Of a stretch of 64,000 bases of DNA, positions 38,302-49,400 are shown piece by piece. Position 1 is the first letter of the stretch, and each line of letters begins with the position of its first letter. Made by a program: the position numbers and the translations under genes. The notes under the pieces were generated by a model. It made no database searches. It was given only the letters and a program-made list of their open reading frames with translations, and was not told where the DNA came from. Source of the stretch: Octopus bimaculoides (Eukaryota); contig NC_068982.1 of the NCBI RefSeq assembly GCF_001194135.2, positions 100,013,333 through 100,077,332 on the forward strand. The letters are read 5' to 3'.

Positions 38302-39137
38302 CAAGGTCTGATCAATAAGTGTCCGGACTGTTGCCATAATAATGAAGCCGCTTGGCAAAGATTGACCTTGAACTCTGCTGTGCATGCGCACTAAGTTTTA
38401 ACATTCTAGCTCACTTCCGCTCCTTACAGCAGTGCTTGGAAGGAAGGTGTGTAGCATGTGATCATCACATTGACCATGACAGAGGAAGTTGTCATGGCGG
38501 TACTAGCTCAGAGGCCTAGGCAAAGTTGTAGAAAATGTATGGAGAGGAGTGTATGAGCCACACACAAGTGTTCAGATATTTCCAAGATGGCCAAAAAATG
38601 TTGATATTGATGAACGTTCTGGGAGACCCAAAACCAGCAGAACTGAGAAAAACATTACAGATGTGTGTGCAGCTGAGAGGGGAAATCATCGAATCACCAT
38701 CCATGAGTTACCAGAGGATGCGCAGATTAATTAAGGTTCAGTTCAGTCCATTATCAGTGAAGATTTGTGTATGAGACGCATGTCTGACCAAAAAGACACT
38801 CGGGTTTCAGTTGCACAAGATCTCCTTGATTGTATCGAGAAATGATGAGAGCTTTTTGAAAACTTTGTATAGGCCTCTGAGCAGGTATCGCCAAGCTTTT
38901 GACAAAATTTAACTCAGATTCTCTGCTCATCTTTCTCTATCATGGTCAATGCAATGATCACACGCTACACACTTTCCTTCAAAGCACTGCTGTTTACAGC
39001 AGAAGTAAGCTAGAATGTTAAAACTTAGTGTGCATGCACACCAAAGTTTAAGATCAAACTGTGCCAAGTGGCTTTACTCAGCATGCTTTAGCTTCGTTAC
39101 TATGGCAACAGTCCAGATACTTATTGATCAGACCATG
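38302..39137 (+). mobile_element. second copy of the same mariner derivative, opposite orientation
   Basis: Same TIR, same internal junction and deletion; right end abuts (GATG)n. Confidence 0.9.
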
Positions 39138-40569
39138 GATGGATGGATGGATGGATGGATGGATGGATGCTGAAGAGATAAAAAGATAAGGAGAGAGAGA
39201 AGTACATGAGTGCATTTTGCTGATTTTATAAGCCTTTGTTCTTTTAACCCACTTGCCACAAGCTCACGAGAGACTTCCTGTTTAAATTGATCTAAATTAA
39301 AAACTTGCATCAAAATTTCATGTTACTTGATATTTCAAAGACCAGCTTAACAATGACAAAGATAGTTTACAAAATTCTTTACTAATTTAAAAATTAATTG
39401 AAATAAAGGTGATATATTTCATCAGAAATATGGTAACAAAAAGATTCACATCTTATGATAACCCATGAAATATATCATTGACATGCGATGAGTGAAATGT
39501 AATACTTCAGACCAATGGTGAAATAAATTATAATATAATCAAATGTTATCAAATATGATATCCATAAACACTAGCACGCCTAATCCATCAATATATCATT
39601 AAAAACATCTACTGTGACAAAAATTTGGAATGTTGCATTTAAGTTTTATAATAATGGAAAACTTGCACTCTCACACACATACATGGATGTGGTGAGCAAC
39701 CATATTCTCATGCAAGACCAATCAGAAAATGCATTATACTGCTACTATATCCATAACCAACGCACAAAAACAGACACATTATTGAGTGACACTTCTAAAC
39801 ATTTCTTCAACATAACCTTAAAAAGGAACTCATTCACTCAGCAGAGACAAACATACACATAAAAATAGCTGCAGTACTAATAGCTTCATTTGCCCTAAAA
39901 TATTGCACCAGGTGTACACAACCAATGCTACGCATAAAGGAACAACAGCTGTCACGCTCTGACTAAGTCCATCTTACCTGTCTTTGCTGTAGCCACAAAC
40001 AAAATCTATAGGCATACAGAAATGGAGTAGACAGAGTGCAACATTTCATGATATGCAATGCAACACTGCACGTCAGGATGCACAGAATGTTTCTCAGCCA
40101 GACAAAGAGATAGTGTATCTGAAACAAAGTCACAACTAGTCAAGTGAACGACTACCTGCACATTTCAGTCTGCTGATTTGAGGTTGTCTTGCACCTAAAC
40201 ATAACAACCAACATTCAGGTTGAAACCACACATGTTAATCATGTTCAGCCAAATATTTATTGTAAAGATCTTAAACAATCTGCAGGATGAATAACATTTA
40301 AAAGAAGTTGATACAAATATTTGATAGACTCATTGACTTATATTCACACTCACACACATGAATACTCTTATTAATGCAAAATAATCGATACTGCTTGATA
40401 TGTGTGTATGGGGAAATTATAAATATTGTCTATTAATAAGCATATGAATATGAATTACTGAATGAACATATATAATTACAAAAGAGCTACAAACAGTTTC
40501 ATGCTTTAAATCTTAAAACATGAAATTATTAGTACGTCATGTATGTGTGTGTCTATTTCTCTCTCTCTC

Positions 40570-40615
<46 letters not shown>

Positions 40616-41299
40616 TATATATATATATATATATANNNNNNNNNNNNNNNNNNNNNNNNNNNNNNNNNNNNNNNNNNNNNNNNNNNNNNNNNNNNNNNNN
40701 NNNNNNNNNNNNNNNNNNNNNNNNNNNNNNNNNNNNNNNNNNNNNNNNNNNNNNNNNNNNNNNNNNNNNNNNNNNNNNNNNNNNNNNNNNNNNNNNNNNN
40801 NNNNNNNNNNNNNNNNNNNNNNNNNNNNNNNNNNNNNNNNNNNNNNNNNNNNNNNNNNNNNNNNNNNNNNNNNNNNNNNNNNNNNNNNNNNNNNNNNNNN
40901 NNNNNNNNNNNNNNNNNNNNNNNNNNNNNNNNNNNNNNNNNNNNNNNNNNNNNNNNNNNNNNNNNNNNNNNNNNNNNNNNNNNNNNNNNNNNNNNNNNNN
41001 NNNNNNNATATAATATATTAAAATGTAATTATTCTTTGGTTGTACCATATGCTTTTGATGATTACACAGTTTGGAAAATAACTGTCAGCTTTTGCTTGTA
41101 TCTGTACTTTCAAGATCAAATTTATTTTATTGATTGGAAGAATAAAAGTACCTAATAATGAACAGAAACTTTAAGTAGCTGTGAGACAAGAAAAACATTG
41201 TGTGAACCCAGAGAGCTACAAGGAATAAAATTATAGGAGCAAGGCAGGCTGCATCTATAAAACTCAAGAATCATAATTAGATAAACAACAAACAAATAT

Positions 41300-41458
41300 A
41301 CTATGTGGTTAAGAAGTTCGTTTTGCAACCATGTGGTTTTAGGTAAAGTCCCTCAGGAAAGCACCTTGAACAAGTGTCTTCTACTATATCTTTAGGTCAA
41401 CCAAATGTCTTATGAATGAATGTGGTAGATAGAAACTGTGCAGAAGCCCATTATATAT
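41300..41458 (+). mobile_element. family-B SINE head (host of the hammerhead tandem)
   Basis: Degenerate match to the head up to GAAACTG...AGAAGCCC followed by (TA)n. Confidence 0.7.
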
Positions 41459-41497
41459 ATATATTTACCTGCAGTTAAATATAGCTCTATGGGCGAT

Positions 41498-41557
41498 AGT
41501 CTGACGAGTTGTCCATAGAGCTAAAAGCTTTATGGATGCGAAACCATTGGTCACTCT
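41498..41557 (+). ncRNA. type I hammerhead ribozyme motif, canonical core (copy 1 of tandem pair)
   Basis: CTGACGA 41501-41507; stem II TCCATAGAGC/GCTTTATGGA closed by G41508-C41539; GAAA 41540-41543; stem III ACCA-T-TGGT; GTC triplet 41550-41552; stem I AGT/ACT. Confidence 0.85.
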
Positions 41558-41659
41558 ATGACCAGACATATATTTAACTGCATGTAAATACATTACTACT
41601 CTTACTTTTAGAGTGTGTTTCCTTTTTGGATATATGATCCACTGACTATATATATATAG

Positions 41660-41691
<32 letters not shown>

Positions 41692-41791
41692 ATATATATA
41701 TAAATCTTATTCTTTTGCTTACAAATTACTGACTGTAATGGTTTTCTACCTCCAGTTCAAGAGAGGTTGTATGTCCTCTCCTATCCATCTA

Positions 41792-41851
41792 GAGTCTGAC
41801 AAGTCGTCCATAAAGCTAAAAGCTTTATGGATGCGAAACCATTGGTCACTC
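41792..41851 (+). ncRNA. type I hammerhead ribozyme motif, G8A-mutated (copy 2 of tandem pair)
   Basis: CTGACAA 41796-41802; perfect 10-bp stem II TCCATAAAGC/GCTTTATGGA; GAAA 41835-41838; GTC 41845-41847; stem I GAGT/ACTC. Confidence 0.75.
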
Positions 41852-42086
41852 AATGACCGGACATATATTTAACTGCATGTAAATACATTACTGCTCTATA
41901 CTTTAGAGTGTGCTTCTTTTTCGGATATATGATCTACTGACGATAGACACACACACACACACGCATACTAGTCACTAACATCCATCACATGCATATATCA
42001 TACATATGCCTACATCACATATATGGTGCATACATCATATATGGTGGTTGTCTACTCCTTACACAGAGTTTGACCACCTCCTGCAC

Positions 42087-42300
42087 CTACACCTTAGCCC
42101 GTTCATGGCGTCTGATGTGGCTTTTTAAACCAGAGTGTTTTGAAAAAGCACCCACACAGATTGCACCTCTGATCTGCACTACCAATACCTGCAAGTAAGT
42201 TCTGCTCACTGTGGATCCTAACATGCCTTTTAAGACCCCCATTGGATTTGCAAGCCCTCTGGCACACGCCACATTCAAACGTGTGCACAGACATATAATC
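42087..42300 (-). pseudogene. two tandem C2H2 zinc-finger motifs with a frameshift (LINE C-terminus or ZNF fragment)
   Basis: FECGVCQRACKSNGGLKRHVRIH, then CNLCGCFFKT/(shift)SGLKSHIRRH, then stop; no splice context found. Confidence 0.6.
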
Positions 42301-42433
42301 AGAATAGCTGGTTGAAGTTTGTTTTCCATGGGTTCGCATGCATACATAGATCATACATTTGCACACATACATCTATATACTTACATTACATGTAGATGCA
42401 TATATACATCATTATATATACACAAACACACAT

Positions 42434-42466
<33 letters not shown>

Positions 42467-42944
42467 ACACTCACACAAACATACATCATACATGTATATA
42501 CATACACCATATATACATAAATATACATTATATTTGTGTAAAGCCACCAAATATACACATATCACATTACATACAACATATCACCATAAATAAATATACA
42601 CACAATATATATAATCACATATTTATGTATCAATCTTATGCATATATGCATCCATATATCACATTCATATCGATATTTCTCTCAACACTTGGTGAGCCAG
42701 TCTGTTTTCTTCTCTAATTTCATTCCTTTTTTGAATTGAGAGTCTTTCCCATCTTCGTCTTTCATACTCTCAATTTCTTGCTCTCTCGACACTCATTTCA
42801 TTTCTTTTTATGGTGTTTTCTTGCAAAGGTATTTTCCTTGTATCTTTATTTATTACACTTATATTATTGTTGTTTAAATTATTAGTTGCATTATGCAAAT
42901 TTTGGTTGATAATGATGAAAGGGTTATCATTATTATGTGTTGAA

Positions 42945-43472
42945 CGAGACCTTTGGAAATATGCTGTGCGTGAGAAGACCTGGCAAGCCAAGTGAGACCT
43001 AAATCCAAGGCCTCTGCCAGGGGTGTAGCCAGCCCACTTATGCGTACCTTTCCTTCATTGGACACTAAACTCCGCTTGCGAAGACCTGTTGAGGCAAGTG
43101 AAATCGAAATCGTGATGGCACCTGTGCCCAGCGTCGCCTTTCTGGCACTTGTGCTCGTGGCATGTGTAAAGACTTTCGAGCGAGATCGTTGCCAGTGCCC
43201 CTGGACTGGTTCTTGTGCGAGTGGCACATAAAATACACCATTTTGAGCGTGGCCATTGCCAGTACCGCCTGACTGGCTTTCATGCTGGTGGCACCCACTA
43301 CACTCTCGGAGTGGTTGGCGTTAGGAAGGGCATCCAGCTGTAGAAACTCTGCCAAATCAGATTGGGGCCTAGTGTAGCCATCTGGTTTCACCAGTCCTCA
43401 GTCAAATCGTCCAACCCATGCTAGCATGGAAAGCAGACGTTAAACGATGATTGATTATGATGATGATGATGT
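42945..43472 (+). mobile_element. RTE LINE 3' end (ORF end ERDLWKYAVREKTWQAK*, 3'UTR, GAT tail)
   Basis: Contiguous ORF end and the same 3'UTR as 24526-25130. Confidence 0.85.
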
Positions 43473-43825
43473 ATTAATAGTGATAACGTAATTTTCTGAA
43501 ATGACACTATTGTTAAATGAATTTGTATCGTTTGATTCTATGGCAATCATTATATATAGCATTTAAGTTATTATCATGATTGATAACATGATTTTCTGCT
43601 ATTTCTGGTACATCCAGCTGAAACTTCAGATGGATTCTTTGCGAAGGAAATGGTAACTGGATGGCCTAACAAAGAATTTAGAAATGTACTTCGCTTTAAT
43701 GTTGACTTTAGATACCTTATTTGAGAAGAGTTTGGAGATTAATAGTTATCAAGCAAAAGTGAGATGATTCTAAAACATTGGCATAGCTTTAAAAAGTTAT
43801 TGTCTTCACACAATTTGTAAAATAA

Positions 43826-44167
43826 TACTTTGGTTATTTCTGATTAATCTCGCTTTTAAACGATGTTTGTCAAATACATGTGTGTGCTGTGTATGCACAC
43901 CTGTGAGTATGTGAGAAAGAAAGGGAAACACACATATGTACATATACACATATGTATATAGAAATATATATATCTCCATATACATGCACACACACACATA
44001 TATATATATATACACAAACATACATAAAAGTATAATAGATATATATATACACGTATATATATATATACACATATACAGACAACTATCATCTGCTCACAAT
44101 TCATAAAATAATACTACGGTTATTTTTGGTTAATCTCGCTTTCAAATGTTGTTTGTCAAATACGTGT

Positions 44168-44206
<39 letters not shown>

Positions 44207-44350
44207 AGTGTATACAAGAGAGAAAGGTTATCACATACACATGTATATAGAAATATATATATACATACACACATATATAAATATATACAAACATACATAA
44301 ATGTATAATAGATATATATATATATATATACACACATCTATATATATATA
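43826..44350 (+). repeat. diverged ~280-bp tandem duplication of a microsatellite-rich unit
   Basis: AATACT..GGTTATTT..G.TTAATCTCGCTTT..AA.G.TGTTTGTCAAATAC at ~43826 and ~44111. Confidence 0.7.
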
Positions 44351-44916
44351 TATATTTATATATATANNNNNNNNNNNNNNNNNNNNNNNNNNNNNNNNNN
44401 NNNNNNNNNNNNNNNNNNNNNNNNNNNNNNNNNNNNNNNNNNNNNNNNNNNNNNNNNNNNNNNNNNNNNNNNNNNNNNNNNNNNNNNNNNNNNNNNNNNN
44501 NNNNNNNNNNNNNNNNNNNNNNNNNNNNNNNNNNNNNNNNNNNNNNNNNNNNNNNNNNNNNNNNNNNNNNNNNNNNNNNNNNNNNNNNNNNNNNNNNNNN
44601 NNNNNNNNNNNNNNNNNNNNNNNNNNNNNNNNNNNNNNNNNNNNNNNNNNNNNNNNNNNNNNNNNNNNNNNNNNNNNNNNNNNNNNNNNNNNNNNNNNNN
44701 NNNNNNNNNNNNNNNNNNNNNNNNNNNNNNNNNNNNNNNNNNNNNNNNNNNNNNNNNNNNNNNNNNNNNNNNNNNTTAGTCCAGTTACCATGATAACATA
44801 TGTAAAAAGTTTACCTGTCGGGAAAGTTTATTGGAACACTAACATCTTTGTATAGCTAATTGGAGGAGGAGGAGGAAGAGGAGGAGGAGGGTGTAATGAC
44901 TATAGCAGACTGAGAG

Positions 44917-45210
44917 GACATAAAGAAACAAACACCAGTTGCAAAGTGGTGAGAAACAAACATAAATACAAAGATGTACATACACACATATAAATATATT
45001 TATATATGTGTGTATGTACATCTTGGTATTCATGTTTGTTTCTCACGACTTGGCAACTGGTGTTTGTTTCTTTATGTCACCATAACTTAACAGTTCAGCA
45101 AAAAGGCTGACACAATAAGTTATAGATTAAGCACAGGGATTGATTTGATCAACTAAACCCTTCAAGGCAGTGCTCCAGTATGGCTGCCATTCAATAACTA
45201 AAGCAAATAA
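44917..45210 (+). mobile_element. family-B SINE 3' half whose 5' side is an inverted duplication (162-bp hairpin 44917-45078)
   Basis: 76-bp arms with 4 mismatches and a 10-nt loop; tail matches family B. Confidence 0.75.
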
Positions 45211-45574
45211 AAGTATGATGTGAATGAATTAATGTAAATATGGAGAAGAATATAAATTGTCCTTAAATTTTATAGAGTTACCCTCCTTGCACCATTGGAG
45301 AAAATTGTATACTTTTTTCACTTTCCTACTTTCACATAACCTTTTTCTGGTAATAGCTACCTTCATCACAGTTTCAGTTCCTGAACCCAAAAAATTTACT
45401 CTTGCAACCAATCAAATTCGTCAATGAAAATTCTGGCCACAAAGATCCGATTAAAAGCTATTAGGGATCATAGAAGATGTAAACTTTCCATTTAAAATTA
45501 AAGAATGATTTTTAGGGTTATAATATGTACTCTAGTTCTTCTTCTATCAAGTACTTTTACCTTTTGTTTGTACA

Positions 45575-45625
45575 TCAAAGTGTGTGTGTGTATACATACA
45601 TATGCACATGTGTGTGTTTGTGTGG

Positions 45626-45662
<37 letters not shown>

Positions 45663-45804
45663 TACATATATACATATGTATATGCGTTATATTTATATAT
45701 ATATATATATACACACATATGTATACGTTATACATATATACATATGTATATACATTATATATATACAAATGTATATACATTATATATATATATGCACACA
45801 CATG

Positions 45805-45892
<88 letters not shown>
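45575..45892. repeat. compound (TA)n/(CA)n microsatellite downstream of the SLC23 stop
   Basis: Directly visible. Confidence 0.95.
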
Positions 45893-45893
<1 letters not shown>

Positions 45894-46032
45894 CATTAAG
45901 AATTACTTCTGTCCATTATGAACTCAGGATAAAAGGTTGAAATAAATCTACAATATAACTATGTGTACATGATTAACTACGTCAACTAAGTAATTGTTTG
46001 TTTTCAAAAGTACTAGTAGTTTTCTGCCTCTA

Positions 46033-46038
46033 TTTATT
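46033..46038 (-). promoter_or_regulatory. candidate polyadenylation signal (AATAAA) for the SLC23 gene
   Basis: First AATAAA I noticed on the minus strand after the stop (~180 nt downstream); common hexamer in AT-rich DNA. Confidence 0.25.
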
Positions 46039-46216
46039 TTGGGTTAAATTCTCATTTAATGTGTGCATGTCCTTTAAAATATATTCCTACAGCATAACAT
46101 TTTATATTAAATTAGATTACAGATAAATAATCTTGCATCCTGAGTAAATTTTAAATTTGTCAACAAAGTCACAGTTCAGATTTAACAAGCAATGTCAGAT
46201 GTTATACATTATTTAG

Positions 46217-46440
46217 CTAAGCAATGTTTATGTCAACATTTTTCTTGTGTCTGCAACAACGGGATCTACAGCTTAAGGTAGGAGATACGTAGCCAGGGAG
46301 AAATGGAATGTACTGAAATATCTTAGACTTCTTATTGGTTGTATTAATAAATGGTAGTCCATATGAATCAGCCTTTTCTTCATTTGATTCATCTACAGTT
46401 ATTTCTTGCCATGCAATGAAGCCTCTTTCTTCCAGTGTGC
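46217..46440 (-). CDS. SLC23A: SLC23 terminal coding exon: (G)TLEERGFIAWQEITVDESNEEKADSYGLPFINTTNKKSKIFQYIPFLPGYVSPTLSCRSRCCRHKKNVDINIA*
   Basis: TTTTCAG acceptor at 46441; GTxEERG, YxLP and YIPFLP motifs; TAG stop at 46219-46217. Confidence 0.95.
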
Positions 46441-49400
46441 CTGAAAATATTTAATGTTTAATACCTTAATAGAACATTTTATAAATAACAAATATCATTA
46501 CAAAACAGAATGAGTTAACAAAAATATAGAATTTGTACTGCCACGTAAAGGAGATTGTAAAGTATGACAGTCTATGCCACTGAGTAAATGGTAGTCAGTG
46601 GTAAACTGGGTCTCAGGCTCAGATTCATTACTCAATTTAACCATTTGGCTTACTCAACTATTTCCTATAGAATGCAAAACCAGTGTTACAGCAGCTTTCT
46701 GTTTTGCCACTGATTGAGGCCAATGGAAGTTGTTAGATAGTTCTGATTACAAACGTCAACAACTGACTTTGTCTTACTAATGTATAGAAGAAATAAATAT
46801 AAAATATAAATTTTAAAAATATTCACAAAAGATATTGGTTTCAAATTTTGGTACAAGACCAGCAAGTACGGGGAATGTTAATTACATTGACTCCAGTACT
46901 CAGCTAGTACTTATTTTATTGACTCTGAAAAGATGAAAGGCAAAGTTAGCCTCAGCAGAATTCTTAACTCAGAACATAAAGACAGACAAAAAGCTGTTAA
47001 GCATTTTGCCTGGCATCTTGTATTCAAAAAAGATATTCCCAATTTGTTGGGTATTTGCGTGTTAACAACACAAAGGGAGAAAATTTCCCTACTAGCTAAA
47101 AGCATTTACCATCAAAGACTAATAGTTTTTACAAGCAAAGGGAAAAAATAAATTTAATGGCACAAACTCTTGAAAATAAAGATAATTATACAAATTGATA
47201 CTATCAGGCAGAAACTAGAAATATTGGTACAAACTAATGTAAAAAAAAAATAAATGCGCCCTTTTAAAGCCTAGCCAGACTCATGGTCCCGGTTTCCCAG
47301 TTTCTATGGCGTATGTGTTCCCCAGCTGGACGGGACGCCAGTCCATCGTAGCGTTACTCATTTTTGCCAGCTGAGTGGACTGGAGCAACGTGAAATGAAG
47401 TGTTTTGCTCAAGAACACGTGTCGCCTAGCCCAGGAATCGAAACCACAATCTTATGATCATGATGCTAACACCCTAACCACTAAGCCACATGCCTCCACA
47501 CAAACTGATGTTAATAAACAGAAAATAGTAAAACTGAAAGTGTGGGAAATAATGTAAGGGTACTTTGAAAATTTCTATTACGATAGGTTTGGGTATGTGG
47601 GTATTTTGAAGACACCTTAAGGAATGATGACTGTGCCCTGCATAGTTATGGGTTGTCCTTTGGCAAGGTAAAGCACCTGTTCAGCTGCCCTGCCAGAGAT
47701 ACAGCAAAGCCATGAGACTGCAGCATGACAGATTGTGAAGAGGTAGTTGAAGAGCTCAACTGAGCCAACAGTGCTTCTTACATTGATGTTGAGCAGAGGA
47801 ATCCTAGAAGATCAATGGTCAGGATAACTAAACTCTATCAAGAGAGTAACTGCAACATATGTGTAAGGGTGGCACCTATGGTTGTGTAACTAACTAATGA
47901 AAGGTTCACTGTGACTCAAGTTCCCAATTCAAATTCATAATAATGGAATTGGATGGCAACATAGAGTCATGGAATTCGCAAAAGCAGCAAATATAAAAAA
48001 GAAAATAATAGGCTTATCCTACCAATATAAATATAATGTATTAATATAGTATAAAGTTACAAAAATGTCTCAAAAGTGTAGTGACACAGATATATCTCTG
48101 TTAACCCTTTAAGCATTTTAACCAGCCGCATCCAACCTAAATACACTGCCAGTTTTATGTTCAAACTGGCCAGATCAATCTCTCACACCTATAAAAATAA
48201 ACAATCACATCATCAAAATTTCAAAGATATGAGAAAAGACATCCGAGCGAGATCGTTGCCAGTGCCGCTGGACTGGCTCCTGTGCGGGTGGCACGTAAAA
48301 TACACCATTTTGAGCGTGGCTGTTGCCAGTACCGCCTGACTGGCCTTCGTGCCGGTGGCACGTAAAAGCACCCACTACACTCTCGGAGTGGTTGGCGTTA
48401 GGAAGGGCATCCAGCTGTAGAAACTCTGCCAAATCAGATTGGAGCCTGGTGTAGACATCTGGTTTCACCAGTCCTCAGTCAAATCGTCCAACCCATGCTA
48501 GCATGGAAAGCAGACGTTAAACAATGATGATGATGATGAGATAATGCATGATAAATTAAAATTAATATGAATAAATAAGCTTTACATTTTTGACAGAATA
48601 ATCCTGAATACCAAAGTGTTAAGGCATTAACTTTAATAAGTGTTTATTGACATTTAGCAGTTCAGAGAATAACAGCTGTGAGGAAACTAAATATGGTGGA
48701 GCAGCCAATCAGAAAGGTCAAAGTTCATAGACAAGGAATGAACAAGAACATCAAGATTAAGAATCCACTATTATTATATATTCTTGAAAGATTTATTAAG
48801 GTAAAAGTACCCTTTCTATTAGTAACACTGTTCCTACTCACCCTTATATAATGTGGGGTAGCTATCTATCATCACTATAGAAAGGCACCTGGACTTGTCC
48901 CTTTATACTTTTAGCCTATCAACACCTGGTTTAAAACTACATCCCACTTTTCAAATACCCATCCCCCATCCATAACTGAGTGGGCTTTCCTGTTCTTTTC
49001 CTATCTTGAAAGTTACTTGGCAACATCACAAGACCTGATTGCACAAAAGTAGCTCCCAGTACACACAGTAAAGTGGTTGGCATTAGGAAAGGCATCTAAC
49101 CGTAGAAACCAGACCAAGGCTGACACAGGGACTCGATGTAGCCTTGTGACTCACCAGATCCAGTCAACTTGTCCAACCCATGCTAGCATAGAAAACAGAT
49201 GTATGATGATGATGATGATGAAACTCTTGTCATTTAAACATAACAGGATTATGGAGGCCAGTTGCATAAGATGACTACTGTGATACTACTAAAGTTCACA
49301 TAATTATGTGCTTCTAGGTTCAATTTCAGAGCGTGGTACCCTTGGGGAAGTATCTTCTATTACAGTTTTGAATTGACCTGTCTTTTGTTTTTTGTAATAA

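Larger units (their letters stand above)
41462..41945 (+). mobile_element. retrozyme/Penelope-like pLTR-type insertion: two ~150-bp hammerhead-bearing direct repeats with a 295-nt period, plus short inverted 5' fragments
   Basis: Direct repeats ~41498-41647 and ~41793-41942. 41462-41483 is the reverse complement of 41569-41590, and 41484-41492 of 41513-41521. Inserted in the (TA)n tract after a SINE head. Confidence 0.7.

Noticed and set aside
29518-40194. Strong minus-strand donor sites at ~39978 and ~29517 with plausible acceptors (possible spliced non-coding transcript)
   Set aside because: Frames are closed or unrecognisable, and there is no expression evidence from sequence alone.
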